From the NCBI GenBank assembly GCA_964574145.1, contig CAZNKJ010000002.1:2075-66074 (forward strand): 64,000 nt of DNA. The letters are read 5' to 3'. Of the stretch, positions 1 through 8,290 are shown one piece after another (within the stretch, counting starts at the first letter, position 1; each line of letters begins with the position of its first letter). This DNA is from an uncultured Candidatus Saccharibacteria bacterium. Its GTDB lineage: Bacteria; Patescibacteriota; Minisyncoccia; Phycocordibacterales; CAZNKJ01. Made by a program: the position numbers and the translations under genes. The notes under the pieces were generated by a model. That model saw only the letters and a list, made by a program, of their open reading frames with translations. It was not told the DNA's origin and searched no databases.

Positions 1-23
1 CCTTTGGAGCTTACCTTTGAAGC
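1..23. repeat. Right arm of the 31-bp palindrome (CCTTTGGAGCTTAC) plus a degenerate second half-copy; cut by the window edge
   Basis: 1-14 is identical to 558-571, 572-585 and 1156-1169; 14-23 CCTTTGAAGC is a 1-mismatch partial copy. Confidence 0.85.
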
Positions 24-87
24 AGAAACACTTGCGAGATGAAACCAGTAGTCGCATCTACACAAGCAAGTAAGTGTATTTTAGCAT

Positions 88-124
88 AAAAAAGGACCTC
101 CAACCGAATAAACGGAGGAGGTCC
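88..124 (-). terminator. Rho-independent terminator (or DGR-type hairpin) downstream of ORF 196-549
   Basis: GGACCTCC (94-101) / GGAGGTCC (117-124) stem, inner CCG/CGG pair, followed by T6 on the minus strand. Confidence 0.7.
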
Positions 125-195
125 AGATTGAGTGAGAGCTTCGCCCAATAAAGGTTCAAGAATACGAGAGGTTCAAGACCTCAAGTATCCAAGGT

Positions 196-549
196 TCATT
201 TCCGAGCAGACGAAACGCCGATGTCACCGAGACGGCAGCCGTCCCAGAAGTAGTTGACGTCGAAACCGTTCTCATCAGGGTTACCGACGACGACGAAGTT
301 ACCGACCGCAGAAATGGAACTGGTGCGAACGTACTTACCACGAAGTAGATAGATGCCACGAACCTTGAAATAGGCGGTGACAGCGTAGCTGACTTCGGGA
401 GCGTTCGGAATGTGCTCAACCTCGGTGATGAGGGCTTGCTGTTCGGTCCCCGTCTTGCTGAACGAGTTAGGCACTTCATCCTTACGGATTGCGAGCCATT
501 TGTCAGCTCGGACAATGTCGTCTTGTGCGAACTTCTCTTTAAGCTCCAA
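196..549 (-). pseudogene. 5'-truncated DGR target-like protein (C-type-lectin-like C-terminus with variable-region-like end)
   Basis: C-terminus YVRTSS..GNFVVVGNPDENGFDVNYFWDGCRLGDIGVSSARK* resembles CPR DGR target ends; 21 of 30 codons at 217-306 are NNC and none is NNA; the TTG start lies inside the palindrome, with an in-frame TAA just upstream; about 50% GC. Confidence 0.65.
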
Positions 550-585
550 AGGTTTAACCTTTGGAGCTTACCCTTTGGAGCTTAC
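540..585. repeat. Perfect 31-bp palindrome (540-570) followed by a tandem duplication of its 14-bp right arm
   Basis: TAAGCTCCAAAGGTT-T-AACCTTTGGAGCTTA; CCTTTGGAGCTTAC at 558-571 and again at 572-585. Confidence 0.95.
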
Positions 586-631
586 ATGCCAGACCGCCTA
601 ACTACGTTGAGCCGTCTCGGTTGAGTATGCG

Positions 632-640
632 TGTGGATAA
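632..640 (-). promoter_or_regulatory. Single perfect DnaA-box-like 9-mer (TTATCCACA)
   Basis: TGTGGATAA on the + strand; isolated copy, could be chance. Confidence 0.3.
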
Positions 641-693
641 CTATCAACAGCAATAGTCATCAACGGTGGTTGCTCTCCAATCGTATTTATGCT

Positions 694-1026
694 TTACTTA
701 GTGTTGGTTAGAGGTTCTTTCTTGTTCCGATATTTTTTTGCCAGCGTTTTATACAGGCGACGTGTTTTGTCCATGGCGCAAAAGGCCAGCCGATTCTCGA
801 ATTGCGATACAAGGTCAGCGCATTTTTTTTGGATGCGTTTAGGGGTACGAATTAATAGTGCGCCCACAAGGGGAAGTATTCTCAGCACGATTCTAATAAA
901 CAAGAATAGCAATATGGCCTCTGCAATGAATGTTAGCCATGGATGCAGCGAAGCATTGATTATTATGCCGAGACCTGCAAGGAAAACGTGTAGTTCTTCA
1001 AGTTTTGTGATGATTGCTTGCGACAT
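694..1026 (-). CDS. Hypothetical membrane protein (about 110 aa; hydrophobic N-half, basic C-tail)
   Basis: ATG at 1026 preceded by AAGGA; hydrophobic stretch HVFLAGLGIII...AILLFLFIRIVLRILPLVGALLI; lies between two palindrome copies. Confidence 0.5.
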   Translation of the reverse strand: MSQAIITKLEELHVFLAGLGIIINASLHPWLTFIAEAILLFLFIRIVLRILPLVGALLIRTPKRIQKKCADLVSQFENRLAFCAMDKTRRLYKTLAKKYRNKKEPLTNTK

Positions 1027-1060
1027 GGGATCGATCCTTTTAAGCAAGTGGTTTTCACAA

Positions 1061-1093
1061 GCCCTGGTGTTTGTTCGTAGCAAACACCAGGGC
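1061..1093. other. 13-bp perfect stem-loop upstream of ORF 694-1026
   Basis: GCCCTGGTGTTTG-TTCGTAG-CAAACACCAGGGC. Confidence 0.7.
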
Positions 1094-1137
1094 AACTCAT
1101 TAGCCGCGAAATTGGGGTAGATTTAAGCAATACTCTA

Positions 1138-1168
1138 TAAGCTCCAAAGGTTTAACCTTTGGAGCTTA
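1138..1168. repeat. Second complete copy of the 31-bp palindrome
   Basis: Identical to 540-570. Confidence 0.95.
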
Positions 1169-1266
1169 CTTTTATGTGTTGTTTTTTCATATTTAATTCT
1201 TGACCTTATCGAGTTTCTTGCGAACCTCATATAGCGGATATTGCGTAAGCAATAAACTTGTATGAA

Positions 1267-1291
1267 ATACCAAAGGTTAAACCTTTGGTAT
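1267..1291. repeat. 25-bp variant palindrome with the same core, opposite orientation
   Basis: ATACCAAAGGTT-A-AACCTTTGGTAT. Confidence 0.85.
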
Positions 1292-1334
1292 AGAGGCAAA
1301 TGACAAATTTGTTGTTTATTTTTTCTTCAAGTCT

Positions 1335-1733
1335 CTAAACTACCTCATTTTGAGGTTCTGTTACAGGATTCTGTGCTTCTTTTGGATTTGCTCCAAAACG
1401 ATTTGAACCCTCTTGGCTTTCTAGGATCATAAAGAAAAGGATTACCAACATTCCTATCATTGGTATAAGGTAAATAAGCATCCACCAACCACTTTTGTCA
1501 GTATCGTGGAGTCTGCGTACCGCTACTGCTATACTTGGAAGTAATACCGCCAAGCTGTATATTCCTCCTAGGATGCCCATTCCAAAATGTGAGGAGATAC
1601 CGAACACTCCTTCAATGAGATTTAGAGCTAAAATAATTGTTAGATTAACAAGTGTGAACATCCAAAATTCTTTTCGTCCAGCTCGTCCTTCAAAAACTGT
1701 ATATTTTTTTAAAACATCAAGATACCATTCCAT
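1335..1733 (-). CDS. DUF805 (YhaH-like) membrane protein
   Basis: KKYTVFEGRAGRKEFW and AVAVRRLHDTDKSGWW motifs; GSNRFGANP tail. Confidence 0.9.
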   Translation of the reverse strand: MEWYLDVLKKYTVFEGRAGRKEFWMFTLVNLTIILALNLIEGVFGISSHFGMGILGGIYSLAVLLPSIAVAVRRLHDTDKSGWWMLIYLIPMIGMLVILFFMILESQEGSNRFGANPKEAQNPVTEPQNEVV

Positions 1734-1938
1734 ACATTTATTTTTTATAATTAGTATTTAATACGTTAATTATGTCATAAAAACAGTTGTAGTATAAGAG
1801 TAAAGTGTTCATAAAAGGATAATGTTTCCAGTAGTTCTAATTTCAAGCTGTTGTTATATGAAGAGTACGTTTTATCTTGTTTAATTATTTTTGTATTGAT
1901 ATTGTAAACAATGAAATAAAAAATAATGTAGTTTTAGT

Positions 1939-2619
1939 ATGGATTATAGAAATACAGAAGAAATTATCTTAATAGACAAACCAAAGGGAATTACATCATA
2001 TGATGTAATTCGTAAGCTTAAATATAAACTTAGTTTGCAATCAGCAGAGTGTCGAATACGTATTGGACACGCCGGTACTTTAGACCCACTTGCCACTGGA
2101 CTTCTTATTATAGGTATTGGGGCTGGAACTAAAAAATTAAATGAGTATTTAAAGCTTCCAAAAATCTATATAACAGAAATTTTACTTGGTATACGTACTG
2201 ATACAGGAGATTTGGAGGGGAAGGTATTAGAACGTAAGGAAATTTTGAAACTTTCTGATACTTGTGTGAAAAAGGTACTTAAAGAAATGGTGGGGAAATT
2301 GGAGCTTCCTGTGCCGGCTTACTCTGCCATAAAAAGGGGAGGGGAAGCGCTTTATAAAAAAGCTCGGCGAGGAGAGCAGATAGAGTTGCCTATTAAGGTT
2401 ATGAAAATAGACCGAGCTAGCTTCTGTGACATGTCGCCAGAATCAGATGGAGGATATGTCGTTGAAGTTGAGTTTGCTGTAGGAAGTGGTACTTATATAC
2501 GTTCTCTTGCCGAAGAGTTTGGTAAGAGGCTAGGATATCCAGCGACAGTTAAAGAGTTGCGTAGAACAAGTGTTGGAGATTTTGATATTAAAGACGCTAA
2601 GAAATTAGAAGATTTCTGA
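1939..2619 (+). CDS. truB: tRNA pseudouridine(55) synthase, no C-terminal PUA domain
   Basis: IDKPKGITS, GHAGTLDPLATG, PAYSAIK, SGTYIRSL motifs. Confidence 0.95.
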   Translation: MDYRNTEEIILIDKPKGITSYDVIRKLKYKLSLQSAECRIRIGHAGTLDPLATGLLIIGIGAGTKKLNEYLKLPKIYITEILLGIRTDTGDLEGKVLERKEILKLSDTCVKKVLKEMVGKLELPVPAYSAIKRGGEALYKKARRGEQIELPIKVMKIDRASFCDMSPESDGGYVVEVEFAVGSGTYIRSLAEEFGKRLGYPATVKELRRTSVGDFDIKDAKKLEDF

Positions 2620-2636
2620 TATGTATTAAAAAATAA

Positions 2637-2666
2637 TAGCGGATTCACTTTCTGTGATTCCGCTAT
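2637..2666. terminator. Stem-loop between convergent truB and ORF 2663-3022
   Basis: TAGCGGATTCAC...GTGATTCCGCTA inverted repeat with A/T flanks. Confidence 0.55.
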
Positions 2667-3022
2667 ATTGTGAAGGCATACTGTCCTTTGCGTTCTAGGA
2701 TCACCTTGCCGACGGTAGATTTTTTTGCCCCTGACCGTTTCTTCTTCTTTGGAGTTTTTGTTTGCGCTCGTGCGCTACGTGTGCGGGCACTCATTATTGA
2801 AAAATATTTTCCTGCCGCACATCTGTAAATCGAACGTTTCTCTTCGTGAAGATATAATTCATTCAGAGAGTATCTGAGGGCCTCTTGAAACTCCATCCTT
2901 TCTTTTTTGTCGTAAATTTTGTAGATAAGGGATTCAAGCAGATCATTTGAAAAGCCATACCCCTTCTTTTTTCCTGCATAGTCGACAGCCTCGTCAAAGG
3001 CTGTTTTTTCGATGGAATACAT
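2663..3022 (-). CDS. Hypothetical protein with basic C-terminus
   Basis: Open frame with its own consensus promoter upstream; ATG at 3022 (TTG at 3040 also possible). Confidence 0.65.
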   Translation of the reverse strand: MYSIEKTAFDEAVDYAGKKKGYGFSNDLLESLIYKIYDKKERMEFQEALRYSLNELYLHEEKRSIYRCAAGKYFSIMSARTRSARAQTKTPKKKKRSGAKKSTVGKVILERKGQYAFTI

Positions 3023-3065
3023 CACAACCTCCGCTGGCAAGATTATTACGCAAATGTCTATACAC

Positions 3066-3094
3066 TTTATAACAAAAAAAGACTAGATTGTCAA
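3066..3094 (-). promoter_or_regulatory. sigma70-type promoter
   Basis: TTGACA-17 nt-TATAAA with extended TG, pointing into ORF 2663-3022. Confidence 0.7.
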
Positions 3095-3110
3095 TATTTT
3101 ATTAAAAAAT

Positions 3111-3149
3111 AAAAACTCGTCCGGGAGCATGTTAACGGACGAGTTTTTT
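3111..3149 (-). terminator. Rho-independent terminator of ORF 3156-3593
   Basis: AAAAACTCGTCCG-12 nt-CGGACGAGTTTTT. Confidence 0.75.
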
Positions 3150-3155
3150 ATTTGT

Positions 3156-3593
3156 CTAGATAGTTCCTAAGGAAGGGAATGCTCTGATGAAGTCCTTCTC
3201 CCTTATATGTTGCACAGTAAATGATTTGATGTGTCTTTTAATCACTAACTTACAGCGACGGACGAAACTTTCGTTACCGCTGAGACATTTTGGACACACG
3301 ATCATGGCGTGTGCACATCCATTACTGGATACTCGACACACTTCTGTCGTTCCGTCAGTTTTTTTGTTGATTTTTTCGATTTCACACCGAAGGGTATCGA
3401 TTGTTTCATTCGTCACAATGCCTGGTATCCAAATGAATACTTTGCATTTTTCCACCACAAGAATTGCAGCGATGAGAGTTTGATCTTCTTCCATCACGGT
3501 TTCTAGTTTTGGTGGCGGTTGGTCTTTTGAAAAAAAACTTGGAAATAGCTGTTGCAGTATTTCTCGGTCCTGCAGATCATTTTTGGGCATCAT
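3156..3593 (-). CDS. Hypothetical protein (contains CPKC)
   Basis: 145-aa ORF, AGGGG before ATG, terminator right after the stop. Confidence 0.6.
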   Translation of the reverse strand: MMPKNDLQDREILQQLFPSFFSKDQPPPKLETVMEEDQTLIAAILVVEKCKVFIWIPGIVTNETIDTLRCEIEKINKKTDGTTEVCRVSSNGCAHAMIVCPKCLSGNESFVRRCKLVIKRHIKSFTVQHIREKDFIRAFPSLGTI

Positions 3594-3675
3594 GACCCCC
3601 TATATCTATAGTTTAAAGAGCTCCATTTAAGAGAATACAACAAAAGAAGCATCTATGCAAATTTCACCAAAAGGA

Positions 3676-4128
3676 TTATATAAATGATTTTTCTACCACG
3701 GATTTAACGTCAGAACCATCTGCTTTTCCTTTAAGTTCTTGCATGATTGCTCCTATAAGTTTACCTATTTGTTCTTTGTCGGATATACCAAGTTCTTCCT
3801 TTTTTGCTAGAACTACTTTTTCTATTTCTTTTATGTTCATCATTTGCGGAAGATAGCCCTCTATGATTTTCAATTCCTCTTTTTCTTTCTCCGCTAGATC
3901 GTTTCTATTACCTTTTTCAAATTGTTCTATGGAATCTTTACGTTGTTTAGCTGCGCGCGTAATTACTACAAGAGCATCTTCATCAGAGAGTTCTTCATTT
4001 GGCTTTCTTTTTTTAGCCACTAGTTCGTTAGTGAATGAGGAAATAAGTCCGCGAATTGTGGTCAAGCGTATAGAGTCTTTGGCACGCATTGCTTCCACCA
4101 TTTCTTTTCTGAGCTGTTGTTGAATCAT
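3676..4128 (-). CDS. GatB/YqeY domain protein
   Basis: EAMRAKD..RLTTIR, KQRKDSIEQFEKGNRNDLAEKEKEE..IEGYLP, GKADG. Confidence 0.92.
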   Translation of the reverse strand: MIQQQLRKEMVEAMRAKDSIRLTTIRGLISSFTNELVAKKRKPNEELSDEDALVVITRAAKQRKDSIEQFEKGNRNDLAEKEKEELKIIEGYLPQMMNIKEIEKVVLAKKEELGISDKEQIGKLIGAIMQELKGKADGSDVKSVVEKSFI

Positions 4129-4210
4129 GTCTTATGAAAGTATTTAGGTATATTTATTCATGGTATCAAAAAGCTCCATACATTCAAGCTCTTTTGCTAT
4201 ACTTAGAGGC

Positions 4211-6895
4211 ATGATTACAGGAGAGTGGGAGAAATTGGATACAGAGGGAGTACTCAGAGCGCTTTCCAGTACAAGAAAGAATGGATTAAATGAAGATGAG
4301 GTACTGGTTCGTCAGAAACGAGACGGGAAAAATGTACTTCAAGATCAAAAGAGAGAGAGTTTTGTTGGAAAAGTGGCAAGACAATTTAGAAGTCCTCTTG
4401 TTTTTATATTATTTGTAGCTGGAATAGCTACTGTGTTACTTGCTGAATACATTGATTCAACAGTTATTTTCATCGCCCTTCTTATTAATGTTGTTATCGG
4501 TCTTTTCCAAGAGGAGCGTGCTTCTCGAGCTTTTACAAAACTTAACGAATCGCAAGAGTATTATTCTGTGGTTATTAGAGGTGGTGTAAAGAAAAAAGTA
4601 TTGTCTAAAGAATTAGTACAAGGGGATATTGTGGAGATAGAAGGGGGAAAATATGTTTCAGCAGATCTTAGAATTCTTTTAGAAAAAGACTTATCGTTAA
4701 ACGAGGCAGCTTTAACTGGAGAATGGGTTGCCGTTTCAAAAGATACAAAGGAGCTTTTACAAGGAGTACCTCTTGCTGAGAAGCGTAATATGGTGTGGCG
4801 TGGCACTCTTGTGGCTGAAGGGTATGGTGTTGGGATAGTTGTTGCTACTGGAGATAAAACAGAAATAGGGAAAATATCTCGCGAGCTGGGTACTATTGAG
4901 AAACACGCCACACCTCTTCAACAGAATATTCGCAGTATTGCTCGTTTTCTTTCCTATATTGTCATTGGGTCTGTAATAACCATCTTTCTTCTCGGGATCT
5001 TACGTGGGGAGACAATAGGGGAGATGCTTCTTGTGACTATTGCAATAGCTGTTGCGACTGTGCCTTCAGGTCTTCCTGCTGCTGTAACTATAGTTCTCGC
5101 TTTAGGTATGGAAAAAATCTTAGAGCGTGGAGGGTTGGTACGTAATTTGTTGGCTGCTGAGACACTCGGAGCAACTACAATTATCCTTACTGACAAAACA
5201 GGAACTTTAACTGAAGCAAAGATGAAACTCTCTTCTATTTTTGTTTCTGATACGTTAAATAGAAAGAGAAAACTTTTAGGGTGGACTGATGATGAGAGAA
5301 AAGTTTTAGCAATGGCTGTGATGGCTTCAGACGCTTTTGTTGAAGAGAAAAAAGAAGAGGAAAATATTCCTAGTAAATTAGTAGTTCACGGGAGACCTAT
5401 AGAACGAGCTGTAGTATTGGCTGGGCTAGAGGTGGGGATTTCACAGAATGTTATTTCTAAGGAAATGCCACGTCTTGATTATTTGCAGTTTGAATCAAAA
5501 AGACGTTATGGTGGGTCGCTACATAAATTTCCTGAGAAGAAATCTAACCGCTTTTATATAACAGGATCACCAGAAATGTTGCTTGAAAAAGCCACATATA
5601 TTTATTTAGATGGAAAACAAAAAAAACTCACCGATGCTGTGCGGGCTCAATTTACTAAAATTCAACAGAAATATAGTAAAAAAGGAGAGCGTTTTATTGC
5701 AGTGACATATAAGGATGTAAAATGGGACACCATTCCTAATTTAGAAGATGATAAGTTAGACGAGGAGCTTATTAAAGGTATGGTGTTTGTTGGATTCCTT
5801 TCTTTTAATGATCCTGTACGTGCGGATGTACCTGATGCCATAAAAGAGGTTAAACATGCTGGAGCTCGCGTACTCATGGTTACGGGAGATAACCCTCAGA
5901 CTGCGTTAAATATTGCCATAGCAGTAGGTATAGCAGAGAAAAAGAGTGAGGTTAAGACTGGGAAAGATATTGAAAAATGCAATGATGAGGAACTGTATCA
6001 GCTTATAAAAGAAAATAAAGTGTTTGCTCGCACTTTACCAAGTCAGAAATTACGCATAGCCCGTATTTTGAAGAATAAGGATGAAATAGTGGCTATGACT
6101 GGGGATGGTGTCAATGATGCTCCAGCTTTGCGTAGCGCTGATATTGGGATTGCTGTTGGGAGTGGTACGGAAGTTGCGAAAGAGGCTTCGGACATTATTC
6201 TCCTCAACAACAGTTTTTCTATAATCGTTTCTGCTATTGAAGAAGGAAGAAGGATAATAGATAATCTTAAGAAAATCGTAGCTTACTTGCTCTCTACTAG
6301 CTTTAGTGAAATTTTTGTTATAGGAGGAGCTTTGGCTATGGGAGCGCCTCTCCCTTTATTACCGGCGCAGATTTTGTGGGCGAATATTATTGAAGAGGGT
6401 TTGATGAGTTTTTCATTTGCGTTTGAAAAGAAGGCGCCAGGAATAATGCGTCGTGACCCGCGTGAAAGCGCTTCGCGAAACATAATGACTCCTCGTCTAC
6501 GTCAATTGATAGTGATTGTTGGGGTTACTACTGGGATATTTTTAATAGGTCTTTATTTTTTCTTACTTTCTTTTGATCTACCTATAGAAGAGATTCGTAC
6601 TATTATGTTTGTGGCTCTTTCGCTCGACGCATTGTTTTTTTCTTTTTCATTAAAGAGTTTGAATAGACCACTTTGGAAGATAGACTTATGGTCAAACAAA
6701 TTCTTACTCATGGCTTTTTCAATGAGTGTTTTACTTCTTCTTGCTGCTGTTTCTCTCCAGCCACTTAGAACGCTTCTTTCCCTCACGCCACTTTCAGTTC
6801 TTGATATTTCATTTCTAGTAGGAGTGGGGCTTTTTAATCTATTGACTATTGAATTTGCCAAATATTTTATATTTGAGCGGGGTATGCGTAAATGA
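4211..6895 (+). CDS. Cation-transporting P-type ATPase (P2A/Ca2+-type architecture, atypical ion site)
   Basis: DKTGTLT phosphorylation motif, LTGE, TGDN, MTGDGVNDAPAL, about 10 TM segments; start set at ATG 4211, 7 nt after TATACT (ORF track gives 4160). Confidence 0.92.
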   Translation: MITGEWEKLDTEGVLRALSSTRKNGLNEDEVLVRQKRDGKNVLQDQKRESFVGKVARQFRSPLVFILFVAGIATVLLAEYIDSTVIFIALLINVVIGLFQEERASRAFTKLNESQEYYSVVIRGGVKKKVLSKELVQGDIVEIEGGKYVSADLRILLEKDLSLNEAALTGEWVAVSKDTKELLQGVPLAEKRNMVWRGTLVAEGYGVGIVVATGDKTEIGKISRELGTIEKHATPLQQNIRSIARFLSYIVIGSVITIFLLGILRGETIGEMLLVTIAIAVATVPSGLPAAVTIVLALGMEKILERGGLVRNLLAAETLGATTIILTDKTGTLTEAKMKLSSIFVSDTLNRKRKLLGWTDDERKVLAMAVMASDAFVEEKKEEENIPSKLVVHGRPIERAVVLAGLEVGISQNVISKEMPRLDYLQFESKRRYGGSLHKFPEKKSNRFYITGSPEMLLEKATYIYLDGKQKKLTDAVRAQFTKIQQKYSKKGERFIAVTYKDVKWDTIPNLEDDKLDEELIKGMVFVGFLSFNDPVRADVPDAIKEVKHAGARVLMVTGDNPQTALNIAIAVGIAEKKSEVKTGKDIEKCNDEELYQLIKENKVFARTLPSQKLRIARILKNKDEIVAMTGDGVNDAPALRSADIGIAVGSGTEVAKEASDIILLNNSFSIIVSAIEEGRRIIDNLKKIVAYLLSTSFSEIFVIGGALAMGAPLPLLPAQILWANIIEEGLMSFSFAFEKKAPGIMRRDPRESASRNIMTPRLRQLIVIVGVTTGIFLIGLYFFLLSFDLPIEEIRTIMFVALSLDALFFSFSLKSLNRPLWKIDLWSNKFLLMAFSMSVLLLLAAVSLQPLRTLLSLTPLSVLDISFLVGVGLFNLLTIEFAKYFIFERGMRK

Positions 6896-6907
6896 TAGAA
6901 TTGAGAT

Positions 6908-7993
6908 ATGAATATTTTTCTATTAGTAATACTTTTTCTAATTCTTGCAGCCAATGGTATTTTGATATGGTTTTTTTTGTGGGAAAGAAGGTTAAAAAAT
7001 CCTAAAGGCGATGGTATGGTTTTGCTTCAAAATCAACTCCAAGACCTTTCTCGAGTGCTGGATTCTAGAGTGGGGGATATTTCAAAACAGATGCAAAAGT
7101 CTGTGGAGACCCAGTTCAGTGAATCACAAAGAGTAATAAGGGATACTAACGATCAAATGGTTAGGCATCTAACCAGTGTTGCCAAGGGCGTTGCTGAAGC
7201 TGCAGAGGCGAGTAAACAGGTCTTTACTATTGCAGACCAGCTAAAAAATCTTGAGAGAGTTCTTACTCACCAAAAACATCGTGGAAATTTAGGTGAAGCA
7301 AGCCTAGAGCTTATTTTGAGCAATATTCTTCCAGCTACTGCTTATAAATCACAGTATAAATTTGAAGATGGTGATATTGTAGACGCGGCAATTATGACAA
7401 AAGAGGGGGTAATTCCTGTTGATGCAAAATTTTCATTAGATAATTACAATCGTCTCATAAATGAAGTAGATAAAGACAAAAAAATTCAATTGGAAAGAGA
7501 TTTTAAGAACGACCTTAAAAAACGTATAGATGAGACTGCAAAGTATATAAAACCAAAAGAGAACACTCTCCCGTTTGCTTTTATGTTTATTCCAGCAGAG
7601 GGGATTTATTATGATCTTTTGGTAAACGAAGTAGGGTCAGTCAAAGTAAATACTCGTAGTTTGATAGACTATGCATACAAAGACAGAAACGTTATTATCG
7701 TTTCTCCTACTACATTTGCGGCATATCTACAATCAGTATTGTATGGTTTTCGTGCTTTTAAAATAGAGGAATCGGCAAAACAAATCGGCAAACATGTGGA
7801 AGACCTTTCAAGACATTTAAAGAGTTATGATGAATATTTTAAAAAAGTTGGTAGTTCACTAGGAACTACGGTGAATCATTACAATTTTGCTCAGAAAGAG
7901 CTTGGAAAAATAGATAAGGATGTGGTTCGTATAACTGGGAACTCTATGGAAGTGGAAAATTTGTCACTTGAGCGTCCCGAGAAAGAAGGCTAG
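6908..7993 (+). CDS. rmuC: DNA recombination protein RmuC
   Basis: N-terminal TM + coiled coil; RGNLGE..LE.IL, PVDAKFS, FAFMFIPAEGIY, VSPTT. Confidence 0.93.
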   Translation: MNIFLLVILFLILAANGILIWFFLWERRLKNPKGDGMVLLQNQLQDLSRVLDSRVGDISKQMQKSVETQFSESQRVIRDTNDQMVRHLTSVAKGVAEAAEASKQVFTIADQLKNLERVLTHQKHRGNLGEASLELILSNILPATAYKSQYKFEDGDIVDAAIMTKEGVIPVDAKFSLDNYNRLINEVDKDKKIQLERDFKNDLKKRIDETAKYIKPKENTLPFAFMFIPAEGIYYDLLVNEVGSVKVNTRSLIDYAYKDRNVIIVSPTTFAAYLQSVLYGFRAFKIEESAKQIGKHVEDLSRHLKSYDEYFKKVGSSLGTTVNHYNFAQKELGKIDKDVVRITGNSMEVENLSLERPEKEG

Positions 7994-8055
7994 ATCATCA
8001 AATGTCTTGTAAAAAAGATATGATACTTCAAAAGTATCAAAAAATGTCAAAGAAA

Positions 8056-8150
8056 CGTGTCGAAGTCCGCCTTTGACATCTATTGTCAAAGGCGGACTTC
8101 GACACGGAGACGGGCTTCGAAGGCGTGTCAAAGGCGGACTTCGACACGGA
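8056..8150. repeat. Cluster of three REP-like imperfect palindromes (one inverted, two direct)
   Basis: Unit TGTCAAAGGCGGACTTCGACACG at 8084-8106 and 8126-8148 (+), and inverted at 8056-8078. Confidence 0.9.
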
Positions 8151-8290
8151 CATTGATACGTTTCGACATACGTTTTTTGGAAGCGAGTTAACCTTTTTTT
8201 GAAAAAGGGGGTTTATAATAAAAACTATCACCATAAGGACATCCTGCGGTGGCTTGAATTTTTATTAAAATACTGTACTATAGTGCCACT

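Noticed and set aside
156-624. ORFs 156-515, 410-601 and 412-624
   Set aside because: Alternative-frame or antisense shadows of 196-549, kept open by its codon bias
632-640. Replication origin
   Set aside because: Only one DnaA box here, with no box cluster and no dnaA/dnaN nearby
596-713. Integron attC site after ORF 694-1026 (CTCTAAC ... GTTAGGC on the minus strand)
   Set aside because: The R'' box does not fit RYYYAAC, L-box spacing is wrong, there is no extended dyad symmetry and no integrase is present
1-1168. CRISPR array built from the 31-bp palindromic repeat
   Set aside because: Intervening segments are about 530-570 bp rather than 25-50 bp, and there are no cas genes in the window
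8056-8150. Mini-CRISPR, or the 65-aa ORF 8037-8234
   Set aside because: Units are in mixed orientation with 5- and 17-nt gaps; the ORF is only the translated repeat (VSKSAFD twice)
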